Below the pieces are notes generated by a model. It searched no databases. It had not been told where the DNA came from and saw only the letters and a list, made by a program, of their open reading frames with translations. From the IMG/VR virus record IMGVR_UViG_3300028833_000058: DNA of 64,000 bases. One strand, written 5' to 3'. Source of the stretch: a virus. Its lineage: Duplodnaviria > Caudoviricetes. Below are positions 34,501 through 47,035 of this stretch, in pieces (position 1 is the first letter of the stretch; each line of letters opens with the position of its first letter). The translations under genes were made by a program, and so were the position numbers.

Positions 34501-36657
34501 TCACGCTATCTCCCCACATACGTCTTCTGTTGTTATTATAAAGTCTAAGATAAAATCTTTCGCTTGTGTATCATATTTTATCCATAAGTGCGGTTTTTTG
34601 TCATTAGCGTATAACATAGTATCCACTAACTTTGGTCTTAAATGAGCTTTGATGAAACCAGGAAGACCACGAGCACCCCTAATTGGGTCATATTGGTCTA
34701 CACAAAATTTGTGAATTTCTTCATCACTCATTTGAATACCTATCTTATCTTTATAACATTCACTAAGGTTGGTTATCTCTCTTCTAACAATTTTTTCGAT
34801 GGTATCCATACCTAAACGTTTAAAATGAAAGATATTCTCACGACCATTAAATCTATTGAGTAATTCAGACCTATAAGTGTTTGTTAATTCTTCATTAGCT
34901 CTTTCTTTAGCTTCTTCGTCTGTCAATGACATATCAAGGTAATACTTTTGACCAATGTTTGAAGTCATTATAATAATCGACTCCGAAAAGTCAACAGTAC
35001 GACCAATGTTATCTGTCAATCTACCATCAGAAAGTATCTGCAAGAATATATTGAACACATCTGGGTGTGCTTTTTCAATTTCATCAAACAGGTAGATACC
35101 AACTGGATTTTTACGTACTGTGTTAGTTAAAATACCACCACACTCGAATCCCTCATAGCCTGGAGGAGCACCAATTAGTTTAGCTACAGCATGTTTCTCC
35201 ATATATTCTGACATATCAAAACGAATAAGTGTTCTTTCATCACCGAATAAATATTTTGCAAGAGATTTTGACATCTGTGTTTTACCACAACCACTTGGGC
35301 CAAGAAATAGAAAACTTGCTGCTGGACCAGAATCTCTCATTGTATCAATTTTAGCAACTTTAATGGCATCTGCTACTTTTTGAACAATATCATCTTGACC
35401 GTAAATATCTTGTAAGAGGTCATCTTTAAGACTTATAATTGTTTCAATCTCATTTTCATTTAACTTCAAAGCAGATATACCAGAAATCTTACTAAACGAC
35501 TCTATAAGTGAATCTTTATCTAAAGCTAAATTACTGTTAATTCCGTTTACAAGAATCTTATATTGTTTTTTGTTTTCCTCTAATTGAGTATTAATTGCTT
35601 TAATCTGTTGTTTCAACCCTGCTACTTCTTTGGAATCGAAACCAGCTTTTGCAAGAGCTTTAAAGTTAGCAATCTCTCTCGGTGTTATTCCTTCACCTTC
35701 TGTTTCTGCTTTTTCTTTGGCTTTTTCTAATTCAGATGTATATTGAAGACGTAGAATTTCAGCTTCAGTTTGTTGTTTAGCTAATTTTTGAATTTGTATC
35801 TTTGTATCCATCCAATCTGCAAAGCTGTCATTATAAACTTTCTGTAATTCAGCTTTTTTATTTTCATCATTACATTCTGCTATCTCATCTCTTAGTTTCT
35901 TTAGCAGAGGATGCTCTTTGTTAGCAGATTGTTTATAACTTGATAACGCTCTATCTAATAAAGAGATTGTACGAGCAGGTTGTGTAGCTCCTAAGCCAAA
36001 ATCTTCACGATATTTTGTAGTTAAATAGACAGCTTCTTTTATAGCTTCATCGGTAATCTTGATACCATGATAATCCACTAATTCTTTACTTGCTTCTTTA
36101 ACAACTTCTTCTAACTTTTGACCAGATAATTCTTTTACATCATATAAGGTATAAAAATCATGAATCCTGTTGTTTGCACTATATATGTTATTTAAGTGGT
36201 CGTCATTCACTTCCATGATAACTTGAAACAAATTAGATTTATCAGCATTGTTTAAAGTATTAACAAAGTGCATATTACCAGAGTTCTTCGCACCTTCTAA
36301 GAAGTTATAAGCGTCAAGAATAACTAACACAGCGTTTGGTGTTTTTTCAAGGTTTTTTATGACTTGTTGAAAATCTTTGTTAATTTCTTGACTATCACCA
36401 CTTGCAAACAAGTTATCCACATCCAGCACAAAAAATTGCTTGGAAAGAATATCAAAAGAGGTGTCTTCATTTTCTTTAGATTGTTGTAGACCAACGATTA
36501 AAGAAGTTACTCCAACACCTCTTGGTCCCGTGATTAGTAAAGAGTTGTTATTTTTTCTACATAAAATAGAAGAAATACGTTTTAAATCTAATTCCCTGTT
36601 TACAAGTTTGAAATTAGGGAACGACTTTAAAAATTCTTGACTTGAGATAATTTTCAT
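34501..36657 (-). CDS. ClpB/ClpA-family AAA+ chaperone lacking the N-terminal domain
   Basis: Degenerate NBD1 (GPRGVGVT), coiled coil, NBD2 GPSGCGKT, RFDMSEYMEKHAVAKLIGAPPGY, FDEIEKAHP, GAR. Confidence 0.9.
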   Translation of the reverse strand: MKIISSQEFLKSFPNFKLVNRELDLKRISSILCRKNNNSLLITGPRGVGVTSLIVGLQQSKENEDTSFDILSKQFFVLDVDNLFASGDSQEINKDFQQVIKNLEKTPNAVLVILDAYNFLEGAKNSGNMHFVNTLNNADKSNLFQVIMEVNDDHLNNIYSANNRIHDFYTLYDVKELSGQKLEEVVKEASKELVDYHGIKITDEAIKEAVYLTTKYREDFGLGATQPARTISLLDRALSSYKQSANKEHPLLKKLRDEIAECNDENKKAELQKVYNDSFADWMDTKIQIQKLAKQQTEAEILRLQYTSELEKAKEKAETEGEGITPREIANFKALAKAGFDSKEVAGLKQQIKAINTQLEENKKQYKILVNGINSNLALDKDSLIESFSKISGISALKLNENEIETIISLKDDLLQDIYGQDDIVQKVADAIKVAKIDTMRDSGPAASFLFLGPSGCGKTQMSKSLAKYLFGDERTLIRFDMSEYMEKHAVAKLIGAPPGYEGFECGGILTNTVRKNPVGIYLFDEIEKAHPDVFNIFLQILSDGRLTDNIGRTVDFSESIIIMTSNIGQKYYLDMSLTDEEAKERANEELTNTYRSELLNRFNGRENIFHFKRLGMDTIEKIVRREITNLSECYKDKIGIQMSDEEIHKFCVDQYDPIRGARGLPGFIKAHLRPKLVDTMLYANDKKPHLWIKYDTQAKDFILDFIITTEDVCGEIA

Positions 36658-36889
36658 TGATTCTAATTCTTCCTCATTTTTATTGTTATAAACTCTTTGG
36701 ATAAATCAGCTAATTCTTTGTCGCTTGCTTTACTGAGAATTCTATCTCCTTTTACAAGTTTAGCACCAAAATATGTATAAAAGTTTTCTTCAAACTGTTT
36801 TACATTTTGTTCAGTTTTACGTTTACCTTTTATCTCTAAATATTTCAGCAGAGTCGATTCGCTGTAAAAAATAACTTTCTTATCCATTA

Positions 36890-38515
36890 CTATATACCTT
36901 TAAAAATAGATTTAGAATCTCCTTTTACTGTCTTTTTAGTATCCTTTTTCTTACTACCAGTTTCAGCTGCCACAGCAACAAATTCTGCTGTATCTTCTTG
37001 AACACATTTAGCTTCTTCTTCAAGTTTTTGAAGGTTCTCACGCATCGTAGTTATTGCTTCACGAGTAATTTCTGTTGCTTGACGTTGTGTATCACCAAAA
37101 TCCATAAGGTCTTGTAATGTTTTTTCTAACTCAATGTTCACATCATCACGACCAGTAGCAATCCTAATACTTTCTTTCTTGGCAACGTCATTTGTGACAT
37201 TAGCCATTTGGGTCAATGTATCAGAAGCCATAACTTGTGATTCGTTAATTGCAGCTGAATTTACAGCTGTTAAAACAACAGACAATTGTGAAGCAACAGA
37301 AGCAATACCACGAGAGTGCATTGTCGCAGCAGAAGAAGCTTGATTCTTTGTAGCAGCTTGCATGTTACGTAATTTAATTTCTTCCATTGACAATTCACCG
37401 TAAGTTTGCATTGTATCAACGTTAGCGGTAGAAACAGTATCAATGTATTCATCTAAATCACGTTTCTCTTTATCTAACTTCATCTTTTCAATTTGGTTGT
37501 CTGGTTCTGGTTTATTTAACAATTCTTCACGCTTCTTGTTGTTTGTTTCTTCTGCTTGTTTAGTAGCATCATTTAGTATAGCGTAAATTTGTTGCATGTT
37601 TCCATTGTTATCAGTTAACCCTTCAATTTGTTCACTCATTGAATCTAAGTGTTTACGGATTTCACCAAATCTTTCTTTACCAGAGTTGATAAACTGAAGA
37701 GCAGATTGAACTAATCCAGCTTGACGTTCAATGTGTTGTTCCGAATTAAGGTCAAGTAACTCTTTAAGTTTTTGAGCTTCAAATGAATAACCTTCACCAG
37801 TTGAAATGTTCGACAATTTTTGACGAACTTTATCAATTTCTGGAAGTATCCTTTGAACTTCTTTGTTTAATTGTTCAAGTGTTTCTTCATTCATTTTGAT
37901 TTTAGCTTTTGATTCTGGTTTAATATTACCTAATCCAAAAAACGACCTGTCTTCCATGAGCATAAGATTTTGCTTTTTTAAGGTATCAATCTCATGTGTA
38001 GCAACATCTAGGTCATGTTGTAAAGACAACAACTGTTCTTGTAAGTCACGTCTATTAGCTTTATCTTCTTGAATTTTAGCTAACACAGAACGAGTTTCAC
38101 CATTTTTACGCAATGTATATAAAGCGTCCGTGATATCTGTCAAAGGTTTAATTTTTTCGATAAAGTCATTAAGGTCATTATTAAAATCACCGTATACCTT
38201 TTGTAATTCTGAAAAAGTACCTGTATCAGTCATTTCAATACGTTGTTTCGACATTGTTTCAGAAATAGACTGCAGATATTCTTTGAATTGTTCAAACTCT
38301 TTAATATGAGTACGGTCTTGTTCTTTATTGTTTGTGAATTCTAACGTTTTGCTAACTTGTTTTACCTTGTCTTCAAGTTCTAAATCTGGATTCATGACAA
38401 TAGAGTAGAAAGTGTTTTCTTCAATCTCAGACTTTTCTTCCTCTCTGTTTTGTCTACGATAACGAACTCTAACTTCTTCTTTTTCAGCTAATTTTTGTTT
38501 TATTGCTTCACTCAT
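36890..38515 (-). CDS. long coiled-coil protein
   Basis: 541-aa heptad-rich ORF upstream of the Clp ATPase. Confidence 0.7.
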   Translation of the reverse strand: MSEAIKQKLAEKEEVRVRYRRQNREEEKSEIEENTFYSIVMNPDLELEDKVKQVSKTLEFTNNKEQDRTHIKEFEQFKEYLQSISETMSKQRIEMTDTGTFSELQKVYGDFNNDLNDFIEKIKPLTDITDALYTLRKNGETRSVLAKIQEDKANRRDLQEQLLSLQHDLDVATHEIDTLKKQNLMLMEDRSFFGLGNIKPESKAKIKMNEETLEQLNKEVQRILPEIDKVRQKLSNISTGEGYSFEAQKLKELLDLNSEQHIERQAGLVQSALQFINSGKERFGEIRKHLDSMSEQIEGLTDNNGNMQQIYAILNDATKQAEETNNKKREELLNKPEPDNQIEKMKLDKEKRDLDEYIDTVSTANVDTMQTYGELSMEEIKLRNMQAATKNQASSAATMHSRGIASVASQLSVVLTAVNSAAINESQVMASDTLTQMANVTNDVAKKESIRIATGRDDVNIELEKTLQDLMDFGDTQRQATEITREAITTMRENLQKLEEEAKCVQEDTAEFVAVAAETGSKKKDTKKTVKGDSKSIFKGI

Positions 38516-38532
38516 TTACATGGTCTCCTTTC

Positions 38533-38991
38533 TTAATACCATAAGTTGTTAACATTGTTACAAAACCATTTGTTAAAATTTTTTATACACTTGTTATACG
38601 CAATGCAATTGATTTGCCCATCGTCTAACGTTTTTTTGTACTCTTTTATCTCACTGTCATCTAAGTATATATGTGAATTTGGAAAATTATATTCACATTC
38701 ACAATATTTGACAATAGATTGTAATTGAGTTATACGATTAACGAGTTCTTTTTCCCAAGAAGACATACATCTATAGTGTTCTGGGTATCCATTGACTTTC
38801 TTTCTAAATTTCTTCAGTCTTGGTAAAAGCCATTTATAAAAAGTGATATCTATGTTCCAGATTTCTCTATCGTCAAAACCATATAATTTTCTTTGTAAAA
38901 ACCATTTTGTATTATACTTAATAGTTTCTACAGGATTAACTGCGATAGTGTACCAGATATCTGAAACTTTATCTAAAAGTTTGTTTATCAT
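38533..38991 (-). CDS. hypothetical phage protein
   Basis: GFDDREIWN..., coupled ORF. Confidence 0.65.
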   Translation of the reverse strand: MINKLLDKVSDIWYTIAVNPVETIKYNTKWFLQRKLYGFDDREIWNIDITFYKWLLPRLKKFRKKVNGYPEHYRCMSSWEKELVNRITQLQSIVKYCECEYNFPNSHIYLDDSEIKEYKKTLDDGQINCIAYNKCIKNFNKWFCNNVNNLWY

Positions 38992-38997
38992 TATCGT

Positions 38998-40263
38998 TTA
39001 ATTCTTTCTGTTTAATGTTTCATAAGGTGTAATTACAGTTAAAGAATATTTATCTTCAGCTATATCTGGAATGTACTGTTGCGCAAAATCAAACAAATCT
39101 TGCTTTGTTATACTCTTTAACATTTCTTTGATTTCATCATATCGTTTAATCTTTATACCAAATAAACCACAAGTACCGTTCATACACGCTAGGCTTGAAC
39201 AGGAATCATAACCTAAAGATAAACTATACATTATAGCGTTCTTAGCTTTTTCTAATTCAGCGTCTGTAATGTTTGTTTTTACAGAGGTTAAAACTTGTTT
39301 AGATAATTCTACAGCTTTATCTATATTTTTTTCATCAAGAGAAGCATGAACTCCAAAGTATCCTGTGTTCTCTAATAGTTCAGCAACTAATCCAACCTGA
39401 TATGCTAATCCATGTTTTTCACGAATTTCTTGGAATAATCTACAAGACATACCACCGTCAATAACATTCTGTAATGTAGCGTAAATCAATTTTTCTTTTT
39501 CTGTTGCATGTAAATCTAATCCTTTTGCAGCGAGTATGAATTGTGATTGGTTGAAAATGTCTTGAACTCTCGATTCTTTTGGTGTGAATTCATTGATAAA
39601 CTTTTCATTGTTATTACCTAATCTAAATCCAGATTTAAATTGACTTTTAATGTAGTCTACAAATTCGTTATGGTCAATACTACCACAAGCTGATATAACA
39701 ATGTTGTTTGCTGTATACCATTTGTTAAAATAGTTAACTAAATTTTCACGTGTAAACTCTGTAATATTTTTTCTTGTACCGAGAATACTACGTCCAAGTG
39801 GATATCCATGATAAGCGTTTTTCGTAAAGTAGTCAAACATTTCACTCATGGCATCGTTTTCGTGCATAGCTATCTCTTGCATAATCACATTACGTTCTCT
39901 TTCAATTTCTTCTTTTGGAAATATGGAGTTTTGGATTATATCAGCAAGAAAATCTACACCAAACTTCCAATATTCTGGTATTAGACTTGTGTGTATAACC
40001 GTTGTATCAATAGAGGTATAAGCGTTGCATTGACCACCTAATTTCTCAATAGAATCAGACAATTGTAAAGCGGTTTTTGTTTCTGTTCCTTTGAAGAGCA
40101 TGTGCTCTAAAAAGTGGCTTAATCCGTTTTCTTCATCAGATTCATTCTTCAAACCTGTTTTGACATACGCAGCAATGAATACACTATTAAAATCTGCCGT
40201 TTGGGTTACTACTTTAAGCCCATCGTCAAGCACTGTTATTTTTACATTATCATTTTTCATCAT
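38998..40263 (-). CDS. M16 family zinc metallopeptidase
   Basis: GLSHFLEHMLFKGT (HXXEH), NAYTS, RLFQEIREKHGLAY. Confidence 0.93.
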   Translation of the reverse strand: MMKNDNVKITVLDDGLKVVTQTADFNSVFIAAYVKTGLKNESDEENGLSHFLEHMLFKGTETKTALQLSDSIEKLGGQCNAYTSIDTTVIHTSLIPEYWKFGVDFLADIIQNSIFPKEEIERERNVIMQEIAMHENDAMSEMFDYFTKNAYHGYPLGRSILGTRKNITEFTRENLVNYFNKWYTANNIVISACGSIDHNEFVDYIKSQFKSGFRLGNNNEKFINEFTPKESRVQDIFNQSQFILAAKGLDLHATEKEKLIYATLQNVIDGGMSCRLFQEIREKHGLAYQVGLVAELLENTGYFGVHASLDEKNIDKAVELSKQVLTSVKTNITDAELEKAKNAIMYSLSLGYDSCSSLACMNGTCGLFGIKIKRYDEIKEMLKSITKQDLFDFAQQYIPDIAEDKYSLTVITPYETLNRKN

Positions 40264-40318
40264 AAATACCTTTCCTTATTGCTAAATCAATTTATACCAG
40301 ATAATTTTATAAGTAAAG

Positions 40319-40681
40319 TCAATTATTGGACATTTTTTCAAAAAATGATTTGAAATTAGTTGTTTTATCTAAACACTCGTTTACCATATCAGACAATCCA
40401 GCTTTTTCTATTTCTTTCATGGCCATAGGATTACCAGAATTTAATATTGTGTATATAACTATGTTACGATGTTTCAATTCTTTTAAAACATCAATGGAAG
40501 TCGAATCATGAAGATTGAAGTCTGTGATAAATAACTCACTGTCTTTAAAAACAGCTATGTCATCAAGTAGGTCTTCAATGTTTGAGTATACATTTACATC
40601 AAACCCAAACTTTTTTCCAACTAACTTGATAACGTTACTTACACATTCTTCATCTTCAAGAACGATTACTCTTTTGTTCAT
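40319..40681 (-). CDS. stand-alone response-regulator receiver domain
   Basis: VIVLEDE, LFITD, SG, LDK. Confidence 0.75.
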   Translation of the reverse strand: MNKRVIVLEDEECVSNVIKLVGKKFGFDVNVYSNIEDLLDDIAVFKDSELFITDFNLHDSTSIDVLKELKHRNIVIYTILNSGNPMAMKEIEKAGLSDMVNECLDKTTNFKSFFEKMSNN

Positions 40682-40866
40682 CTTTCACCTTCTTCTGCTC
40701 TTTGACACATGGTAAAAACACAATTGTATTTCTTTCTTCAAGATATATAACGTTTGGTAATTCTAATCTCGAATCTTTACATACAGTAACTAAACTATCT
40801 TCTGGAAATTGTTCTAAAAATTCAATCAATCTCCCTAATCTCATGATATTCGCCATTTGATTTCTC

Positions 40867-41328
40867 CTAAATAGTATTCATTATCTTTAATGTTCCATAT
40901 GTTAACTCGAAATTTATCAATTTGTCAATATCACATGCGATTAAGTAATATTGGGCCCCAAATGGATTTGAAGCATCTAATGTTATTAATTCGAATTTGA
41001 TTTTGTGTAAATTTAATTGATTTTCTTTGTCATAATCTTCTATCGTTTTTCTTAGAAGTTGAAACACTTGAGCCTTTTCACCACGGTATCGACTATATTC
41101 ATCAATTTTTATGACACGCTTTACTAACATGTTTTTATAGGTGTTTATTAGATTTTGGAAATAAGCTCTTTTTCTTGGGTCACATCTCTTGTGATAAATA
41201 AACATCTTACCATATTCTTTTATGGTACACGAAGAAAAGTTTTGTTTACCAAGTTCTTTTTCTTTGGCCGTCATTACATCTTCTAGAAAACGATTTAACC
41301 AATATCTATTTTTTATTTCGAAATCCAT
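40867..41328 (-). CDS. hypothetical protein
   Basis: 153-aa coupled ORF. Confidence 0.6.
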   Translation of the reverse strand: MDFEIKNRYWLNRFLEDVMTAKEKELGKQNFSSCTIKEYGKMFIYHKRCDPRKRAYFQNLINTYKNMLVKRVIKIDEYSRYRGEKAQVFQLLRKTIEDYDKENQLNLHKIKFELITLDASNPFGAQYYLIACDIDKLINFELTYGTLKIMNTI

Positions 41329-41659
41329 CTGTGTAATCTTTCAATGATATAATTAAAGACGATTAACCCTACAAATGCGATATATAAGATTTCTGGGTGT
41401 TCGTCAAGATAAGCTGAGTAATGTTGCTCACTGTATTCCAAAAGATACATTGCACAGATTATACCTGCGACTATTTGTAATTTACTCTTTTCTTCTTTTT
41501 TTGGCTTTGTATTACTAGCAGCGACATCTACTGTTTCGATATTGTCATCACTGTTTGGATACCTTAAATACATGACTATACTCCTTTGTTTACTTTGTAT
41601 TCTTATAGTAGCACAATCTAACAGAAAAGTAAAGTCAAATTTTACAATTAATTTGTTGC

Positions 41660-42382
41660 TTACTCTTTGATTTTTTTGTTAATTTTAGTTACCCAACCTT
41701 TGTTCAGCTCAATTACATTTACGAATGGTAAGTTCTTTTCGGCTATCTTAAAAGCAGCAACAGAATGGGTAGCTACAATGATTTGTAATCTATCCCCCCA
41801 AGTTTTAGCAAATTCACAAAACCAGTCAAATAAACCAAACTGCATATTAATAGCCATCGAATTCTCTGGTTCATCTGCAGTGATTAAAAGTGTTTTAACA
41901 TCTATATCTTTATCATAGCTGTTTTTTAACTTTTCTAACTCTTCCTTTGTAAATTTACAATTGTTTTGTACATATTCTATAAAACCTTCGTGATAAGACC
42001 TCCTACCTTCACCACGACTCTGAAAATTAGACATTAGTCTAGTGATAAAATCAGCTTGAGTGTTATAGTTGAAATCTGTAACTTCTTTTAACTCTTGCGG
42101 TTTATAATTTATGTATTTACAAACACTACCTATTACATCTACATTGTAAAAATATTTAATACTCATTTGAATATTTTTTATGTTATCTAATTCTTGTTTT
42201 TCTGACCAAAGATTATTTGTATATCCAACGTAACGCTGGATAGCTTCTAGAATCGATGTTTTTCCACTTGTATTGGCACCAAGAATTAAATTAAGACCTG
42301 GTTTAAAGTCCATGTGTCTAATATCACAATTTCTAAATCTTGATTCTGGTTTGAGTCTTTTGATGTCAATATGTTCAATCAA
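41660..42382 (-). CDS. ABC-type (AAA_21-like) ATPase
   Basis: GANTSGKT, SRGEG signature, ADEPE, ATHS. Confidence 0.85.
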   Translation of the reverse strand: MIEHIDIKRLKPESRFRNCDIRHMDFKPGLNLILGANTSGKTSILEAIQRYVGYTNNLWSEKQELDNIKNIQMSIKYFYNVDVIGSVCKYINYKPQELKEVTDFNYNTQADFITRLMSNFQSRGEGRRSYHEGFIEYVQNNCKFTKEELEKLKNSYDKDIDVKTLLITADEPENSMAINMQFGLFDWFCEFAKTWGDRLQIIVATHSVAAFKIAEKNLPFVNVIELNKGWVTKINKKIKE

Positions 42383-43627
42383 TTTCGTCTTCCTTTACTA
42401 CTAATCCTTCAAACTTCCAAAATTCACGCATGTCTTTGCCGATTAAACATTTTATAGCAAACTTAGGAAAATGGCACCAAGTGTTATCATCAAGCATTAT
42501 GGCTATGTCATTTTCATCGCTTCTCTTTCTGGCAAAAACTTTTGATGATTCACACCAACCGATTATTTTACTTTTAATAAACTCCTTGTTTTCATACATG
42601 TCATAAAAATTAATACAAAATTCACTGTTCCAATTTTCGAACAGGAATCGATTACTCGGAAGTTTAGGTATAGATTTATTTTTTAACTTTTCTTCATTGT
42701 AGTCATAATTAGCAGATTCAAATTCACAAAGTAAACTATCTCCTTGTAATTCTATTGGTCTTGCAAATATTCTGTTACCTGCATCCTCATCACAAGTAGA
42801 CATGTCGATAGAAACTGTCTTTATTTTGTTTAAAATATCATCCATGTTATTCACCATGTAAATCTAATTGGTCACCTATTTCGTGTAATCTTCTTCCCAT
42901 TTCAATAGCAACTTGCAATACAAAGTCAATTGGTTTATTCTTTAACACTTCTCTTTGTTCGTCCTCAGTCAAATCACTAAAACAAACAGCATCATAAGAT
43001 TCACCACGTTTTATTCTAAAATAAACACCATCAAGATTTCTATTTTTCATTTTTACTCCCTAAAGCAGTTATTAAATCACTGTATCTTGAGTTGAAATAT
43101 TGAAGTTCATAGAAATTTTCGATATTATTTAATCTATCCATGATTTCTTCTTTCGCAAACTTCTTGTTTATATACGCATAATCTGTGGAACCATGAGAAA
43201 GCCTTATACAAGTGTAATCTACATCGTTAACTTTTCTCATAGTGTCTTTATATTCAATGTTTAAAAAATCAGAATCACCACTTGTTATGAGAGTATATTG
43301 ATAAAGTCCATAACAACTCGAAATGTCTTCACCAAGTTCTAATTCGTCTCCATCGTCAAGATGAATTACAACCCAAAGCCTTCCTTCTTTATCTTGATAT
43401 AGACCCTTGTTTTTGGATTTCTTCATTGAATATACCTTTTCTGTTTTTTAGCCACAATGACTTATGTGTAACTTTTGCAAATCTTGGGTTGTCCAGAGCT
43501 TGTCTTATGTAATCTTTTGAAAGAATATAAGTTTTTCCGTATTCATCTTTACATTTTAGATGTTTCTTTTCTCCAACCAAGGTCAACCCAAGTTGCTTAA
43601 GTATTTTATGACCAGACGGTTTCATAA

Positions 43628-44152
43628 CTAATTCTTTCCGTTATTATGCCTATTGTCATATTTCATTTTAAGTTTTCTCAACTCTGGAACAGAATAGATA
43701 TACCAGCATACCCATCCATATGACTTATTCATTCTTGTAGCTATCTCAGTTAAAGATAATTTTTCTTTTAATAGCTTTTTGTACTCTTTGGCCATCTTTG
43801 GTGAGTTGTTTTTTACTCGAGTATAGCCGTTCAGTTTCTTAACTTTAGATATGGTCCCCATAGATGCTCCTGTCTGTTTTCTTATCTCATCGTATGTTTT
43901 ACCATTCTTTAACAATTTTACTATAGCATCACGTTGCTGTATTTTTAATATTTTAGGTTCAACCCACTTGTCTACTAAATCTCGTTTGGTTTCTCTAATT
44001 ACGGAATATCTTCCATCTTGATATACTCCATGCACATCACCGTTTTCAACAGCTACTGAATATCTCGATAATAAAAGACCTTTTTTAACATTGAACAAAT
44101 AAGCTTTCTTACCATCTCTTGTTCTATAAAATTTTCCAATTTCGAGTTTCAT
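43628..44152 (-). CDS. protein with C-terminal helix-turn-helix motifs
   Basis: KTYDEIRKQTGASMGTISKV and LSLTEIATRMNKSYGWV. Confidence 0.65.
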   Translation of the reverse strand: MKLEIGKFYRTRDGKKAYLFNVKKGLLLSRYSVAVENGDVHGVYQDGRYSVIRETKRDLVDKWVEPKILKIQQRDAIVKLLKNGKTYDEIRKQTGASMGTISKVKKLNGYTRVKNNSPKMAKEYKKLLKEKLSLTEIATRMNKSYGWVCWYIYSVPELRKLKMKYDNRHNNGKN

Positions 44153-44205
44153 ATTATTATGTCTCCTTAATAAAAAAATTCACAGTTCCCTCTCTATAAC
44201 TGTGA

Positions 44206-44234
44206 ATTATAACATATAAAAATTTAAAAGTAAA
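44206..44234 (-). promoter_or_regulatory. strong sigma70-type promoter (representative of a repeated class)
   Basis: TTTACT-17 bp-TATAAT with extended TG. Confidence 0.75.
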
Positions 44235-47035
44235 GTTAAATTTATAAAATTAACTTCCAGTCCATATTAAAACGTGTTTTTTAGGGTCAAACATTTTTTT
44301 AATATGAATTAGATTGAATATGTCATACTCATATAACCAAGCAGTAGATACACACCACTTACTTTCAGAATCATTAACGAAATCCAAAGAAGACAATTGG
44401 GTTCTTGCCGCTTGTTCTAATCTTTCTAACTGTGGTTTAAGTGGATATCCAAATTCATCTTTTGGGTTATCGGAATCTTTCTGAAGTAATTGAGTATAAA
44501 ATCTTTTAACTCTTTGTATATAAAACTCTATCAACCCATCTAAAATTTCTGGTTTAGCTACCATGAGCTCTGTATCTTCATTGTAATATTTTTGAATGGA
44601 TTTATCTTTAAATAACTTCTTTAGATATTTTCTCACTTCAAAATCACTGTCTCTATAATAAATAGATTCTGCTACTTGAATGACTTCTTCTCCACCTATC
44701 GCTTTTAATACATCTCTGTAATATGGTGGACATACTACTCCATCTTTGTCATAATCCCATTCTTCTGGGTCTCCTTCTACTATGTCCCATAATTCTTTAG
44801 TCGTTAATTTTTTTATTTTAGCAAGTTTTCTTCTATTGACTACAAAAAGATAATTTCTATAACTCATATTCTTCGTCCATTCTATAAAGTTGATTTTTTA
44901 ACACTCTTGTTTTATCGTCAAAATACTCATAGTTGATAGGAGCATCTATGAAATCTTCATCTACAAATTCTCTACCTAAAATCTCTTCAGCACAATGACG
45001 ACATAATACATGTGTCGGACTAACATAATCATTACGTGTGATTTCGTTCCAAATTTTACTTTTAACCATGAAATAATCTAATGGATGTTTGAATACATCT
45101 TTACCACAAAGGTTACAATGTAAAGACCAACGATTCTTTTTCCATAATTCTCGCATATCAACCATCAAAGACTCCTTTCTTAATTTTTAATATGTTACGA
45201 TAAAATAGTTGTTTCTGTATGAGGTGTTTCATCCTGTATACATTCACTCCAGCAATCTTTTTCTTTCCAACCACGACTCTTTATTTCTTTTTCAGCTTTC
45301 TTTTTTAATTCTTCCATTGTTTTTGCAGATAATGTTATGAAATCTTCATAATCTCCGCTGTAATGTATCTTATATATCAAGTTGTCTCTCATTTTTTCTT
45401 CTCCGAAATATATCCATTTTGTTGACATTCGACATCTTCTAGTTCTTTACGGTCATTTAAAAGTTTAAATAATAATTTAGAAGAATCATGTAATCTTGTT
45501 TGTATTTTTTGTACATCGTCCACAGTTTGTTGTAATCGTTCATTCCAACTTTCTATGAATGAGCATAAATTTTTTATCGCATAATCAATAGCTTTATGTT
45601 TATCTGTGAAAGTAGTATTCTCGTATAACAAACGACCTGTGTAATCTGTATTCGGCCACATTGGGTCATCTGTATACGTTTCAATTAAACCATCAGAATT
45701 TGACCAAATATAAATTTTTTGCATACCAGTGATATCTTCGTTACAATCAACGATAGATTGCATTGTACCATTTTTAATGAGTTTTTCACATTCGTTGTAT
45801 ATTCGAGTAAGTTCTTCATAGCCCCTGACATCACCAGTTATCTTGAATGTAAATTTATTTATTTTTATAATGTCATGTATGTAAGCAGAACCAATACAAA
45901 CATTATCATCAATTTCTTGTATAATGTAATTTGTTTTCAAAAGATTTTTTAATTTTCTCGCTTGCATGAATCCCCCTTAAACTTTCTTAAAATAACTTTT
46001 CTTACACGTCTATCGAAAAACAATGGTATGACAGTAAACCCTTCTATGAATCCAATCCAAAAATCTTTGTCACAAATTGTTTCTTTAATTTCTTTCCACA
46101 TCATTGAACTCCTTTGAATTTACAGCTTCAACCCATGTGTCATATGCACCAATAAGTTTTCTATTTCTTAAGAAATCAGCTTCTTCTTTTGCATTATGTC
46201 TAAAAGTAGACATTCCACCTGTATTACCTAAAACATTTACTGTATAAGGTGATATAAAAGTTATTGTACAAATTACAGTTTCACCTGTCAAATCTTCGTA
46301 TATGTCACCGACTCTAATCATTTCACTTCTCTGTCTTTCTCTAAATCTGGAAAATCTTTTAACAAACATCCAGATTCATCTCTGTTACATAACATTTCAG
46401 CATATATACCTTCTAAAGTATTTTCACCTACATGACCTATTTTAACATTATTCTTTTCAGCCCAGTTTATAAACCAATTAGAGGCATCTATGTAACCTTT
46501 TAAATATCCAGCAACAACTCTTGGTTCGTCTTCATGTCTACATGTAAAACATTGACACCCTTTTTTAATCATGATTCTTATCCTTTTCATAAATATAGTG
46601 ATAACCTAGCCACCAAATTGGTAAAGCCCAAGACAATATAGAAATGATTAAAGAAGTTGATAACAGACCAACTATATCAACATCTTCGTTATTTTTTCCA
46701 TTGACTAATGTGTTATTCAAACCTACACAACACATTAAAAAAGCAACACCCATTCCTATAAAGTATATTAGCTCTGCCATAGTCATTAATGTTACTCCAA
46801 CGCTTTGTCTATATCGTTTAAAAGTTTCTTTCTTTGGTTATAAGATTTTTCATCATATCTGTAATCGTCCATTTCTAACCAAACGCTTTGTCTAGCTTGT
46901 CTTAATAATTCTCTTAGCTTAATATTATAATCCATAAGATTTGTTAAATAACTAATTGTTGCAGTTGTACCATTATAAAGTTGTACAACTTTTTCTTCGT
47001 TTACTTTTACAGGTATAGTTACAATTTGACGTTCT

